Below, piece by piece: positions 37,387 to 47,775 of a stretch of DNA of 64,000 bases. The position numbers were made by a program, and so were the translations under genes. Below the pieces are notes generated by a model, which made no database searches, was not told the origin of the DNA, and saw only the letters and a program-made list of their open reading frames with translations. The DNA lies in the NCBI GenBank assembly GCA_963806665.1, contig CAWDYM010000002.1:2326-66325 (forward strand). The letters run 5' to 3'. The stretch comes from an uncultured Alphaproteobacteria bacterium. GTDB taxonomy: Bacteria > Pseudomonadota > Alphaproteobacteria > Rhizobiales > Beijerinckiaceae. Positions within the stretch are counted from its first letter, which is position 1. Each line of letters opens with the position of its first letter.

Positions 37387-38448
37387 TCAAGCCGCATCGC
37401 GCGCGATATCGCCCGCCCTGCGGCCGGTGAGCGTCGTCAGCGCCGCATTCTCTCTCTCGAGCGCTTCGAGCAGGCCCCGCTTGATGCGCACGACAAGCCC
37501 CGGGCCTTCGTAAACAAGCGCGGAGTAAAGCTGCAAGAGCGTCGCGCCCGCTTCGATCTTCGCAAGCGCCGTCTCGGCGCTGTCGATTCCGCCGACGCCG
37601 ATGAGCGGGAACTGGCCTTCGACGCGCAGATAGGTCTGCGCGAGCATGTATGTCGAAAGCGGAAACAGCGGCGCACCCGAAAGGCCGCCGCTTTCCCGCG
37701 CCCGCGGCGAGCGCAGAGTCCCGGGTCGCGAAATCGTGGTGTTGGAGACGATCATGCCGTCGACGCGCCGTTCGCGCGCGACCCGCACCGCGCCGTCGAG
37801 TTGCGCGAGCGACAGGTCCGGAGCGATTTTCAGCAATATGGGGCGGTGCGTTGGTGCCGCATCGCGCGCCTCGATGACGCGGGCGAGCAGATCGGACAGC
37901 GCGTCCGGCTCCTGCAGGTCACGTAGGCCCGGCGTGTTGGGCGAGCTGACGTTGATGGTGAGATAACGCGCGACGTCGGCGAAAGCGGCGACGCCCGCGA
38001 CATAATCGGCGACACGGTCGTTTGAATCCTTATTTGCGCCGACATTGACGCCGACGACGCCATCGCCGCGCCAGGCGGAAAGCCGCGCCAGCGCCGGCGC
38101 GTGGCCGTGATTGTTGAAGCCATAGCGATTGATCACGCCGCGATCTTCTACGAGGCGGAAGGCGCGCGGACGGGCGTTGCCGGGCTGCCCGCGCGGCGTC
38201 AGCGTGCCAACTTCGACAAAGCCGAAGCCGAGCGAGAGCAGGGGCCCGAAGACGTCCGCATCCTTGTCGAAGCCCGCGGCGATGCCAAGAGGATTTGGAA
38301 AGGCAAGGCCGAAGGCCGAGACCGCGAGGCGCGGATCGTCCTTTTCGGCGGCGCGCTGCGGCATGAATCTCAGCGCCGCGATGGTCGCGCGATGCGCGTC
38401 CTCCGCGTCGAGCCTGCGCAGCAAAGCGGTCGCGAAATCCAGCAGCAT
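37387..38448 (-). CDS. pyrD: Dihydroorotate dehydrogenase (quinone), class 2
   Basis: 353 aa: GFDKDA, GFVEVGTLTP, NRYGFNN, INVSSPNTPGLRDLQ, VSNTT, GGLSG, IGVGGI. Confidence 0.92.
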   Translation of the reverse strand: MLLDFATALLRRLDAEDAHRATIAALRFMPQRAAEKDDPRLAVSAFGLAFPNPLGIAAGFDKDADVFGPLLSLGFGFVEVGTLTPRGQPGNARPRAFRLVEDRGVINRYGFNNHGHAPALARLSAWRGDGVVGVNVGANKDSNDRVADYVAGVAAFADVARYLTINVSSPNTPGLRDLQEPDALSDLLARVIEARDAAPTHRPILLKIAPDLSLAQLDGAVRVARERRVDGMIVSNTTISRPGTLRSPRARESGGLSGAPLFPLSTYMLAQTYLRVEGQFPLIGVGGIDSAETALAKIEAGATLLQLYSALVYEGPGLVVRIKRGLLEALERENAALTTLTGRRAGDIARDAA

Positions 38449-38449
38449 G

Positions 38450-38791
38450 TCAGAGGAGCCCCGTGAAATCGTGACGCCCGTCGCGCAGCGGCAGAGGCGC
38501 GACGCGCAGCGCCCACGCGAGGGAAAGCGGCGCGTAAAGATGCGGGAAAAGCTCGCCGCCGCGCGAAACCTCCCATTTCAACGTCGGGCCGAATTTTTCA
38601 GCGTCGACCGAAACGAGCAGGAGATCGCTCTGCCCGGCGAAATGTTTCGCCGCCGTCGTCTCGACCTGCGCGGCGCTGGAGAAATGGATGAAGCCGTCTG
38701 AGAGATCGACGCCGGCGCCGTTGAAGACCCCCGCGGCTTCGGCCGCGCGCCAGAGGGCGGCAGGGAGGATTTTGTAGATGATCGTGGGCAT
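38450..38791 (-). CDS. DUF952 domain protein
   Basis: 113 aa from the ATG at 38791: IYKILPAALW...DLSDGFIHFSSAAQV..TAAKHFAGQSDLLLVSVD...LKWEVSRGGELFPHLY. Confidence 0.7.
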   Translation of the reverse strand: MPTIIYKILPAALWRAAEAAGVFNGAGVDLSDGFIHFSSAAQVETTAAKHFAGQSDLLLVSVDAEKFGPTLKWEVSRGGELFPHLYAPLSLAWALRVAPLPLRDGRHDFTGLL

Positions 38792-38807
38792 CGTTGCGTG
38801 GTCGCTC

Positions 38808-39632
38808 TCAGTATTTGCACAGGCCTTCGCATTTCGGGTCGGTGAGAATCTTCGCGAGCGCCGCGCCTTCGGCCTGATGCGCTTTCGGCACAGAGGGCAG
38901 AGCGGCTTCGACCGCCCCATTGAGCTGCTCTCGCGCTTTCAGCGGCAGGACGCTCGATAGAACAGGAAGATTGCGAAGCACCGCTTTGAGCTGGAGGGTC
39001 TTGTTCTGCTCGGAAAGATTCGGATCGCGCAGATTGCCCAAGGCGCCGAGCGCCATCGAATTCATGTTCTCACGGAACTTCGCGATCGCCTGCCGGCGCG
39101 TTTGCGTCATTTGCTCGGGCGGCAGTCTGGCCATGAAATCTGTGAGCAGGGGCACGCTCGCGGCGAGGCAGTCGTCGCCGAAGGCGAGAAGCGGGAATAG
39201 TTCGTCCTGATACTTGATCGTGTTTCGGCTCATCAATTCATCGAAGATCTGGGAGACGTTGTCGGGATCGTCCTTGAGCGGGAATTTTTTTTCCTCATAA
39301 AGAGCGTCGATGCCGAGGATGCTCATGCTATAGGCCGCCTGCACTTTATTGACGGCGCCGCACAGGTCTTGGTCCATCGCCTCTTCGTTCATCGGGAAGC
39401 TTGCAGAGCCGAAGCTACCGCTTTTGTTGGAGAGGATCGCGAGCGTTTCCGCCGCTTGCTTATCGCTCAGGCGCGGCAATTCGTTTTTCTTTAGCGCCTC
39501 GGCCTTGAGCGCTTCGAACTTTTGAGCGGCCGCAAAATATTTCTGCAGCTCCGTCTCGGCGGAAGCTTGCGTCGCACTCGCAAGAGACGAGATCAAAAAA
39601 AATCCGAGCGCGAAAAAGCGGCGCATTTGCAA
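38808..39632 (-). CDS. Hypothetical exported all-alpha protein
   Basis: 274 aa. Signal peptide RRFFALGFFLISSLASATQASA, 4 Cys, Lys/Glu-rich. Codon usage is visibly AT-richer than in its neighbours. No family recognised. Confidence 0.5.
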   Translation of the reverse strand: MQMRRFFALGFFLISSLASATQASAETELQKYFAAAQKFEALKAEALKKNELPRLSDKQAAETLAILSNKSGSFGSASFPMNEEAMDQDLCGAVNKVQAAYSMSILGIDALYEEKKFPLKDDPDNVSQIFDELMSRNTIKYQDELFPLLAFGDDCLAASVPLLTDFMARLPPEQMTQTRRQAIAKFRENMNSMALGALGNLRDPNLSEQNKTLQLKAVLRNLPVLSSVLPLKAREQLNGAVEAALPSVPKAHQAEGAALAKILTDPKCEGLCKY

Positions 39633-39646
39633 GCTCCTGGAAACGA

Positions 39647-41854
39647 CTACTCCGCCGCACGCACGCTTTCAGTCGGCTTGTCGGTTTTCCGCGGCAGGCG
39701 CGCAATCATGTTGATCAGCGCGCGATCCGAGAGCGCGACAAGACGCTCGCCGCGGTTGAGCCACCCTACGGCCTCCTCGATCGTTTCGGCGTCCGCGATC
39801 TTGGCCTCGGCGACGGCGCGATCGGCGGTGACGACGCCGCGCTGGCGGGCCTTGCGCGCCGGCAACCAGGCTTCATGCAACGCGCGCAGCTCGGGATCGG
39901 CGTGGATGGCGATGAGGCCGTTGATTTCGTCCTCGCCGGCCCGGGCGAGGAATTTCGAGAGCGCCTTGCCGCGTTTGGCGATCGGCGGCGTCTGCGTTTC
40001 TTCCGGCGTCACCAGCACGCCGGCGCGGCGCAGGACGAGGCCGAGCCAGCGCTGGCTGGTGAGCCATGAAATCGGGATGGCGAGAATGAGGCCGGCGATC
40101 GTCGGCGACATCCAGGCCACGAGCGAGGGCGAGATGAGGAGACCGGCGACGAGGCTCAGAGCGCCCATCGCCACATGCGAGCGGTGGCGGCGTACGATGT
40201 CGATCAAGGGCACGGAGCCGTCGTCGCGCCGTTGCGGATCCCAGCCCGTGTCGAAGCCAAAGACGATATGGACGACATGGCCGGTCTGGATCAGCATCAT
40301 GATCGGAGCGAGCAGGGCGGAGAGCACGACTTCGAAAAGCGTCGAGATGAGCAGCATCAGAACGCCGCCCGAGCCCTTGCGCGTTTCGGGCTCGTAGATG
40401 GCGACGAGCAGGCCGAAGAGCTTGGGCGTGAGCAGGATGCTCATGGTGAGCGCGAAGAGTTCGAGCGAACGCGCGGCGTCGAACCGCGGGAAAGTCGGGA
40501 ACAGCGCGAATTCACTCGTGAAATATTCCGGCTTGAAGTAGCTCGCCTGGAAGACGATCACGATACCCACGAGCAGCTGCATCAGCCACAGCGGCGAGGT
40601 CAGATAGCCAAAGATGCCAGTGAGGAAATGCTGCCGCGAGGCCCAGTGCAGCCCGCGCGCGAACAATACGCGCGAATGCTGCAGATTGCCCTGGCACCAG
40701 CGACGGTCGCGGATCGAAAGATCGATCAGGGAGGGCGGGCTTTCTTCATAGGATCCGCCGAGCGTCGGCATCATGTAGACGGCGTAGCCCGCTCTCCGGA
40801 TCAGCGCCGCTTCGACGAAGTCGTGGCTCATGATGTGGCCACCCCACGGCGGGCGCCCGCGCAGATCCGGCAGGCCGCAGTGGCGGCCGAAGGCCTCGGT
40901 GCGGATGATCGCGTTGTGGCCCCAGTAATTGCCGTCGCGGCCCATCCAGCACGAGACGCCCATGGCGATGACGGGGCCGTAGATGCGCGCCGCGAATTGC
41001 TGCACCCGCGCAAAGAGCGTATTGCGATTGATGATGAGCGGCAACGTCTGGATGATACCGGCGTCCGGGTCAGCCTCCATGGCGGCTGCAAGCTTCGCGA
41101 TCGTCGGGCCGGCCATCAGGCTGTCGGCGTCGAGCACGACCATGTGGGCGTAGGCGCCGCCCCAGCGCGAGACGAAATCCTCGATATTGCCGGCCTTGCG
41201 TCCCACGTTCTTCTCGCGGCGGCGATAGAAGATGCGGGCGCCCGCCCCAAGCCGCCGCCGGATGGCGATGAAGGCGCGCTCCTCCGCGATCCATACGTCG
41301 GGGTTTGTCGTGTCCGAGAGGAAGAACCAATCGAAGTGTTCGCCGAGCCCCGTGGCCTGCACGTCTTCATAAATCGTCTGCAACGCCGCAAAAACGCGGC
41401 TCGGCGCCTCGTTGTAGATCGGCATGACGACCGCGGTCTTTTCACGCAGCGTTTCCGGCAGGCCGGGGGCCCGGCGATTGGCGAGTAGCGCCACAAAGCC
41501 CACGACGCAGCTTGCGAAGCTGAGCGCGATCCAAGAGAAGTTGAGCACGAAGAGGGCGAGCAGCGCCCATTTCAGCGTCGTGACGCCGCCGACGTCGATG
41601 ACGCGGTACATCTGGTAGCCGCCATAGACGGTCAGCGCCAGACCGCCGCCGAAGGTCGCGAGGCGCGCGAGCCAGGGCGTGCGCCAGAGCGATGGGGCGA
41701 GCGGCTTTCTCACCTGCCCGGCGTCGAATTTGAACAGGTTCTGCGCCGGCATCGACAGCCGGTTTTCCACCGGCGTGGGCGCGGCGGCGGCCGGGTCTTT
41801 GATCGACGTCGCCGCCTGAGAGGCGTCGGCTGCCGCGATTGTCAGGGAGTCCAT
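39647..41854 (-). CDS. opgH: Osmoregulated periplasmic glucan glucosyltransferase OpgH/MdoH (GT2)
   Basis: 735 aa: TAVVMPIYNE, FFLSDT, RRREKNVGRKAGNI, VVLDADS, QTLP, GHNAIIR, ILSHDFVEAAL-like (IMSHDFVEAAL), QGNLQH. Confidence 0.92.
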   Translation of the reverse strand: MDSLTIAAADASQAATSIKDPAAAAPTPVENRLSMPAQNLFKFDAGQVRKPLAPSLWRTPWLARLATFGGGLALTVYGGYQMYRVIDVGGVTTLKWALLALFVLNFSWIALSFASCVVGFVALLANRRAPGLPETLREKTAVVMPIYNEAPSRVFAALQTIYEDVQATGLGEHFDWFFLSDTTNPDVWIAEERAFIAIRRRLGAGARIFYRRREKNVGRKAGNIEDFVSRWGGAYAHMVVLDADSLMAGPTIAKLAAAMEADPDAGIIQTLPLIINRNTLFARVQQFAARIYGPVIAMGVSCWMGRDGNYWGHNAIIRTEAFGRHCGLPDLRGRPPWGGHIMSHDFVEAALIRRAGYAVYMMPTLGGSYEESPPSLIDLSIRDRRWCQGNLQHSRVLFARGLHWASRQHFLTGIFGYLTSPLWLMQLLVGIVIVFQASYFKPEYFTSEFALFPTFPRFDAARSLELFALTMSILLTPKLFGLLVAIYEPETRKGSGGVLMLLISTLFEVVLSALLAPIMMLIQTGHVVHIVFGFDTGWDPQRRDDGSVPLIDIVRRHRSHVAMGALSLVAGLLISPSLVAWMSPTIAGLILAIPISWLTSQRWLGLVLRRAGVLVTPEETQTPPIAKRGKALSKFLARAGEDEINGLIAIHADPELRALHEAWLPARKARQRGVVTADRAVAEAKIADAETIEEAVGWLNRGERLVALSDRALINMIARLPRKTDKPTESVRAAE

Positions 41855-43371
41855 CGGTAGAGCCAGGTTTCGCTGATTGGCTCGTCGCCCACACGCAGGA
41901 CGAGTCGCATTTCGCAGTAGTTTTCGCCGGCCGGATCGAGGTCGAATACGACGCGGCAGGTTTTTGCCTGCGGATTGACGAAGGTGCGGACGTTGGCCGC
42001 CGAACCTGGAGATGTGGTCAAGGCGGCGGACAGGCGCGCTGTCTTCTCCGCATTCGCAAAAACCTCACCCGAAAAAACGACAACAAAACGGCGAAGCTTG
42101 GCGTTCGGGGCGCGGCCCGAGCGGGCGTTGACGGCGACCGCCTGCGGCGGGCGGCTCGGGGGATCCCAGCACCAGAACTGCCGATAAGCGAAGGTCGCCT
42201 GCGCGCCGCCGATCAGCGGCGCCTTGGGGCGCCAGTAAGCGACGATGTTCTCGTTGTTTTCCGACTCCGATGGAATCTCCACCAGTTGCAGCGCCCCTTC
42301 GGCCCAGTCGCCCAGAGGCTCGATCCAGAGCGAGGGCCGCCGCTCCCAATGTTGATCGTCGTCCTGATAATCGGCGACGTCGCGGCTTCTCACGAGGGCG
42401 CCGAAGCCTTTGGGATTGGCGTCGACGAACGAGGAAAACTGCAGGCTTTCGCGGTTCGACACAGGGCGCCACAGCCATTCGCCGGCGCCCGTAAGCATCT
42501 GTATCCCGTTGATTGCCGTCACCATCGTCCGCAGGTCGTCGGGACGGCGCCGGTCGAGCGGCGTGAAGAGCGACGCGGCGGCGAAGCCGGCGAGGCCATA
42601 GTGGTCGACGTTGGTTCGCGGGAAAAGCGTGAGTTCGGTGTCGATGATCGTCGCTTCACCGGGGCGCAGCGTGAAATGATAGACGCCGGCGACGCTCGGC
42701 GAATCGAGCAGCGCGTGGATGACGAGCGCATTGGCCCCAAGGACCGGCTTCTCGATCCAGAAGCTGCGAAACGCGGGAAATTCCTCGCCCCGAGGGTCGG
42801 CCGTCCGAATCGAGAGGCCGCGCGCGGTCACCCCGAGATTCTGGCCGCGCGCGACGGCGCGATAGAAGCTCGCGCCCTGGAAGATTGCGAGTTCGGCCTC
42901 CTGCCCGCGATCCTGATGCAGAACGCGGAAGCCGGAAAATCCGAGGTCAGGCAGCGTTTCGGGAATCTTCAGCGCGCCATAATCAAAGCGGTTCCGGTCA
43001 TAGGCGACGCGCGAGGCGGCGCCATTCTCGATGACGAAAATGTCGACCGCGCTGGCGAAGATATGGCCGCGGTGCAGGGGTTCGATCGAGAAGCCCTTGT
43101 TCTCCCCGACCCACAGCGCCGCGCCGGGCTTCGTCTTGATGCCAACGAACTGCTCGTAGGACAGGCTGGCGAACGGTTCGCGCAGATCGGCCGGCGGCGG
43201 GGAATAGGGTTTCGCCGACAGGGCGCGCGCGAATTCCACGATCATTTCCCGCGAGAAGGTCGCGGGCGGGGGTGTTGGCGGCTGAGGCTCCTGGGCGCGC
43301 GCCGCGGTTGGCCCGACCCCCGCAGCAATTGCGCCGAGAGCCGCACGTAATACATCTCTACGTTCAAGCAT
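41842..43371 (-). CDS. opgG: Periplasmic glucan biosynthesis protein OpgG/OpgD family (twin-arginine signal)
   Basis: 509 aa. [18 protein letters not shown]... signal, then FRVLH, FQGASYFRAV, ARGLSI, EEFP.FR.FW motifs. The stop overlaps the opgH start. Confidence 0.9.
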   Translation of the reverse strand: MLERRDVLRAALGAIAAGVGPTAARAQEPQPPTPPPATFSREMIVEFARALSAKPYSPPPADLREPFASLSYEQFVGIKTKPGAALWVGENKGFSIEPLHRGHIFASAVDIFVIENGAASRVAYDRNRFDYGALKIPETLPDLGFSGFRVLHQDRGQEAELAIFQGASFYRAVARGQNLGVTARGLSIRTADPRGEEFPAFRSFWIEKPVLGANALVIHALLDSPSVAGVYHFTLRPGEATIIDTELTLFPRTNVDHYGLAGFAAASLFTPLDRRRPDDLRTMVTAINGIQMLTGAGEWLWRPVSNRESLQFSSFVDANPKGFGALVRSRDVADYQDDDQHWERRPSLWIEPLGDWAEGALQLVEIPSESENNENIVAYWRPKAPLIGGAQATFAYRQFWCWDPPSRPPQAVAVNARSGRAPNAKLRRFVVVFSGEVFANAEKTARLSAALTTSPGSAANVRTFVNPQAKTCRVVFDLDPAGENYCEMRLVLRVGDEPISETWLYRWTP

Positions 43372-43571
43372 CGAGTAACCGGAAAGTGGGCCGAAACGGT
43401 CAGATCAGCGGGGCGCGAGCCCTCTTCTATAAGGGAATTTCAGGGAACAGAAAGGAATTAATGCGGCGCCGCGGGGGCGTCAGTTGTCGCGCTTGCCCTT
43501 GGCGGCTCGAATCTGCCACAAACGCGACGAATAGGGCGTTGTGTCGCCGTTTCAGATGGATAAGTTGCCAC

Positions 43572-44936
43572 ATGGCAAGTTCCCGAAAAGCTTTGGCCAT
43601 CGTCCTCGCCGCCGGCGAGGGCACCCGCATGAAGTCCGACACGCCGAAGGTGCTGCATCAAGTCGCAGGGCGCGCGATGATCGCGCATGTGCTCGCCGCC
43701 GTGGCGGCGGCGGGCGTGGACAGGCCGGCCGTCGTCATCGGTCCGGATCGCGACGATGTGCGCGCCGAGGCGCTTCGCCTCGCGGGGCAGTCGGAGGTCT
43801 TCGTCCAGACCGAGCGGCTTGGCACGGCTCACGCCGTCCTCGCGGCACGGGGGGCGATCGCCGCCGGCTGCGACGACCTCCTCATTCTTTTCGCGGACAC
43901 GCCGCTTGTCACCGGCGAGACGGTCCAGCGCCTGCGAGCCGCGCTCGCCGAGGGGGCAGGGGTGGCCGTTCTCGGCTTCGTCGCGGCCGACCCGTCCGGC
44001 TACGGCCGCCTGCTTCAGGACGGCGCCGGCCATCTCGTCGCGATCCGCGAGGAAAAAGACGCCAGCGCCGCCGAACGCGAGGTGACGCTCTGCAACGCCG
44101 GACTCATGGCGATCGACGGCGGCCGCGCGCTGGCGCTCCTCGAGCGCATCGGCAACGCCAACGCCAAGGGCGAATATTACCTCACCGACGTCGTGGAGCT
44201 CGCCCGCGCCGAGGGGCGCGAGGCGCGCGTCGTCGTGGCCGACGAGACGGAGGTGCTCGGTGTCAACGACCGTATTCAGCTCGCGCAGGCGGAGGCTGTC
44301 GCACAGGCTCGGCTTCGCCGCGCCGCAATGGCCGCGGGCGTGACGATGATTGCGCCGGAAACGGTCTTCCTTTGCGCCGATACGCGGTTCGGCCGCGACG
44401 TGCTGATCGAGCCCAATGTAGTGATCGGCCCCGGCGTCGTGATCGGGGACCGCGCCGTGATCCATTCCTTCTGCCATCTCGAGGGGGCGAGCGTCGGGGC
44501 GGGGGCGACGATCGGTCCCTTTGCGAGGCTGCGGCCGGGCACGGCGCTCGACGAAAAGGCCAAGGTCGGCAATTTCGTGGAGATCAAGAACGCGAGCGTC
44601 GCCAAAGGCGCCAAAGTCAATCATCTGTCTTATATCGGCGACGCGGACATCGGCTCCGACGCCAATATCGGCGCCGGCACGATCACCTGCAATTACGACG
44701 GATTCTTCAAATACCGCACGCGGATCGGCGCCAACGCCTTCATCGGCTCCAATTCCGCGCTGGTCGCGCCGGTGAAGATCGGGGACGGCGCCTATGTCGG
44801 CTCCGGCTCGGTCGTCACGAAGGACGTGGCGCCCGATGCGCTCGCGGTCGCCCGCGGCCGCCAGATCGAAAAAGGCGGATGGGCTGCCGCCTATCGCGCC
44901 GCTCAGTCGGAAAAGAAGGCGAAGAAGCCGACTTAA
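43572..44936 (+). CDS. glmU: Bifunctional UDP-N-acetylglucosamine diphosphorylase / glucosamine-1-phosphate N-acetyltransferase
   Basis: ATG at 43572: [29 protein letters not shown], then a C-terminal hexapeptide-repeat domain ([23 protein letters not shown]...[13 protein letters not shown]). Confidence 0.92.
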   Translation: MASSRKALAIVLAAGEGTRMKSDTPKVLHQVAGRAMIAHVLAAVAAAGVDRPAVVIGPDRDDVRAEALRLAGQSEVFVQTERLGTAHAVLAARGAIAAGCDDLLILFADTPLVTGETVQRLRAALAEGAGVAVLGFVAADPSGYGRLLQDGAGHLVAIREEKDASAAEREVTLCNAGLMAIDGGRALALLERIGNANAKGEYYLTDVVELARAEGREARVVVADETEVLGVNDRIQLAQAEAVAQARLRRAAMAAGVTMIAPETVFLCADTRFGRDVLIEPNVVIGPGVVIGDRAVIHSFCHLEGASVGAGATIGPFARLRPGTALDEKAKVGNFVEIKNASVAKGAKVNHLSYIGDADIGSDANIGAGTITCNYDGFFKYRTRIGANAFIGSNSALVAPVKIGDGAYVGSGSVVTKDVAPDALAVARGRQIEKGGWAAAYRAAQSEKKAKKPT

Positions 44937-45029
44937 GCGCGTCGCGCGCCTTAACCCTGATCTTCATTCCCTTGTCTCGCGCGGCCGCTTTGGCGGCCCT
45001 CTTGCAAGAAATCGCTTCAGGAGGTCGTC

Positions 45030-46859
45030 ATGTGCGGCATTGTAGGAATTCTCGGCAAAGGTCCGGTTGCGGGACAGCTCGTGGAGGCGCTGAAGCGCCT
45101 CGAATATCGCGGTTATGATTCCGCGGGCATCGCAACGCTGGAGGAGGGCCGGCTCACCCGCCTGCGCGCCAGCGGCAAGCTCAAGAATCTCGAGGAGAAG
45201 CTCGCGGGCGCGCCGCACAAGGGGGCCGTCGGCATCGGCCATACCCGTTGGGCGACGCATGGCAAGCCCAATGAGGCGAACGCCCATCCTCACGCCAATG
45301 GGCGCGTCGCGGTCGTCCACAACGGCATCATCGAAAACTTCCGGGAGCTGCGTCAGGAACTGACCGCCAAGGGTCACGTCTTCAATTCCGAAACCGATTC
45401 CGAGGTTGTCGCCCATCTCGTCGCCGAAGGGCTCAAGGGTGGCGCGACGCCGGAACTCGCGGTCGCAGCGGCGCTGAAACGGCTCAAGGGCGCCTTCGCG
45501 CTCGCCTTTCTCTTCGACGGCGAGCCGGATCTCCTCATCGGCGCGCGGCGCGGCTCGCCGCTCGCCGTCGGCTGGAGCGACGAGGGGGCTTATCTCGGTT
45601 CGGACGCTCTGGCGCTCGCGCCCTTCGCGACCTCGATCGCCTATCTCGACGAGGGCGACTGGGTTGCGCTGCGCCGCGAGGGCACGACCTTCTTCGACGC
45701 CGACGACAATCCGGTGGAGCGCCGTCGCCAGCCTCTGGCGACCGGCTCCTTCCTGGTCGACAAGGGCAATTACCGCCACTTTATGGCCAAGGAAATTCAT
45801 GAGCAGCCCGAGGTCGTCGGCCGCACGCTGGCGCATTACCTCGACCTTGCGGAAGGCACGGTGCGCCTTCCCTTCGAGATGACGTTCGATCCTAAAAAGC
45901 TTTCGCGCGTCACCATTTCCGCCTGCGGGACGGCCTATTACGCCGGCCTCGTCGCGCGCTACTGGCTGGAGCGCTTCGCCCGCCTTCCGGTCGAGATCGA
46001 CATCGCCTCCGAGTTTCGGTACCGCAACCCCCCGCTGCCCGAGGGTGGGCTGACGATCGTGGTCTCGCAATCGGGCGAGACGGCCGACACGCTCGCAGCG
46101 CTGCGCTACGCCAAGGAGCACGGGCAGCACGTGCTCTCCATCGTCAATGTCGAAACCTCGACCATCGCTCGCGAAAGCGACACGGTGGCCAAGACCCTTG
46201 CGGGTCCGGAAATCGGCGTCGCCTCCACCAAGGCTTATACCTGCCAGCTTGCGGTCTTCGCCTGCCTCGCGCTGGCGCTGGGCCGCGCGCGCGGCGTGCT
46301 GACGAAGGAGGCGGAGCAGGCGCTCGTCTCCGAGCTCGTGGCCGCGCCCGGCCAGATGGCGGAGGCGCTCAATCGCGAGGCGCGGATCGAGCCCGTGGCG
46401 CGCGACGTCGCCCGTGCCTCGAGCGTGCTTTATCTCGGTCGCGGCCCGGCCTTTCCGCTGGCGATGGAAGGCGCGCTGAAGCTCAAGGAGCTGTCCTACA
46501 TCCATGCGGAGGGTTACGCCGCGGGCGAACTCAAGCACGGCCCCATCGCGCTCATCGATTACGCCATGCCGGTCATCGTTCTGGCCCCGCCGGACGCGAG
46601 CCTCGAAAAGACTGTGTCGAACCTGCAGGAGGTCGCGGCGCGCGGGGGGCATCTGATTCTGATCGGCTCGCCCAAGGCCAGGGAAGAAGCGGCGGCCGAA
46701 CTCGCGGGCTATGTGGAGCTGCCCGAGGAGGTTTCCGGCCCCTTCGCGGTGATCGTCTACGCCGTGATCGTGCAGCTTCTCGCCTATCATGTCGCCGTCT
46801 TCATGGGCAAAGACGTCGATCAGCCGCGCAATCTGGCGAAAAGCGTGACGGTGGAGTAG
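45030..46859 (+). CDS. glmS: Glutamine--fructose-6-phosphate aminotransferase (isomerizing)
   Basis: 609 aa: MCGIVG N-terminal nucleophile, HTRWATHG, two SIS domains, C-terminal DVDQPRNLAKSVTVE. Confidence 0.95.
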   Translation: MCGIVGILGKGPVAGQLVEALKRLEYRGYDSAGIATLEEGRLTRLRASGKLKNLEEKLAGAPHKGAVGIGHTRWATHGKPNEANAHPHANGRVAVVHNGIIENFRELRQELTAKGHVFNSETDSEVVAHLVAEGLKGGATPELAVAAALKRLKGAFALAFLFDGEPDLLIGARRGSPLAVGWSDEGAYLGSDALALAPFATSIAYLDEGDWVALRREGTTFFDADDNPVERRRQPLATGSFLVDKGNYRHFMAKEIHEQPEVVGRTLAHYLDLAEGTVRLPFEMTFDPKKLSRVTISACGTAYYAGLVARYWLERFARLPVEIDIASEFRYRNPPLPEGGLTIVVSQSGETADTLAALRYAKEHGQHVLSIVNVETSTIARESDTVAKTLAGPEIGVASTKAYTCQLAVFACLALALGRARGVLTKEAEQALVSELVAAPGQMAEALNREARIEPVARDVARASSVLYLGRGPAFPLAMEGALKLKELSYIHAEGYAAGELKHGPIALIDYAMPVIVLAPPDASLEKTVSNLQEVAARGGHLILIGSPKAREEAAAELAGYVELPEEVSGPFAVIVYAVIVQLLAYHVAVFMGKDVDQPRNLAKSVTVE

Positions 46860-46938
46860 AAGCCCCGCCATTGACACGGGGCAGGCCGAACTGGTCTATG
46901 CGGGGCGACCCGCGCCCCGGCGGCGCTCTCGTCAAAGG

Positions 46939-47775
46939 ATGCCCGGCCTGTTGCTCGCTTCCATCCCTCCCGAATATGTCGCGCCCTTCGAGCGGGCCTG
47001 GCGGCACCGGGAGCTTATCCGCGCCGTCGTGCGGCGCGAGTTCATCTCTCGCTTTCGCGGCTCGCTGCTCGGCCCGGCCTGGGCGGTGCTGGCGCCGCTC
47101 ATCATGCTGCTGACCTACACGACGCTGTTCTCGATCACCGTGCCGCAGCTCTCGGCCGGCATGAGCGTGACGGATTACGCCAGCGGCATCTTCATCGGGC
47201 TCATCGTGTTCAATCTGTTCAGCGAGCTCGCATACCGGGCGCCGATCCTGCTCCATGAGCACGTCAATTTCGTCAAGCGTTCGATCTTCCCCAGCGAGAC
47301 GATCGCCTGGACGGCGACGATCCGCGGCTTCACCTATGCGGGCGTGGCTTTCGCTGTCTACGTCGCCTTCCGGCTCATCACCGCGGGCTCGGTGCCGCTC
47401 ACTATCGTGCTGACGCCTTTTCTGGTCGTTCCCTTCTTCCTTTTCATCATTGGCGTCGTCTGGTTTCTGATGGCGCTCGGCGCCTTCACCCGCGACGTCG
47501 CGCATATCATGGCGTCGATCGTGCCGGTGCTGATGTTCGCGACGCCGATTTTCTACCGCATCGACCAGATCGCCGCGATGTCGCCGTCGGTCGGCGTCTG
47601 GCTCCGCCTCAATATCGTCGGCGACTACATCGAGATGTTGCGCGCCGTCGCGCTCGACGGGCGCGTGCCGAACCTCCTCGGCTATCTTCTGCTTGTCGCC
47701 ATTTCCTACGCGGTGTTCCTTGGCGGGTACAAGTTCTTCATGCGCTACAAGTCGGTCATCGTCGATGTCATCTGA
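46939..47775 (+). CDS. ABC-2 type polysaccharide/glycolipid export permease (Wzm/KpsM-like)
   Basis: 278 aa with 6 TM. N-terminal ELIRAVVRREFISRFRGSLLGPAWAVLAPL is the ABC-2 signature region. Confidence 0.8.
   Translation: MPGLLLASIPPEYVAPFERAWRHRELIRAVVRREFISRFRGSLLGPAWAVLAPLIMLLTYTTLFSITVPQLSAGMSVTDYASGIFIGLIVFNLFSELAYRAPILLHEHVNFVKRSIFPSETIAWTATIRGFTYAGVAFAVYVAFRLITAGSVPLTIVLTPFLVVPFFLFIIGVVWFLMALGAFTRDVAHIMASIVPVLMFATPIFYRIDQIAAMSPSVGVWLRLNIVGDYIEMLRAVALDGRVPNLLGYLLLVAISYAVFLGGYKFFMRYKSVIVDVI

Noticed and set aside
44937-45029. glmS ribozyme or other leader RNA between glmU and glmS.
   Set aside because: The spacer is only 93 nt, shows no conserved ribozyme core, and that element is not expected in Alphaproteobacteria.
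44964-46877. 637-aa ORF on the minus strand opposite glmS. Similar long antisense or off-frame ORFs occur at 41839-43350, 40175-41488, 10606-11649, 12742-13815, 61954-63207, 55686-57101, 43541-45118 and 46801-47784.
   Set aside because: Their composition is dominated by Arg/Ala/Gly/Pro/Asp runs with no recognisable motifs, as expected for non-coding frames in 65% GC DNA. In each case another frame or strand encodes a full-length, motif-rich protein.
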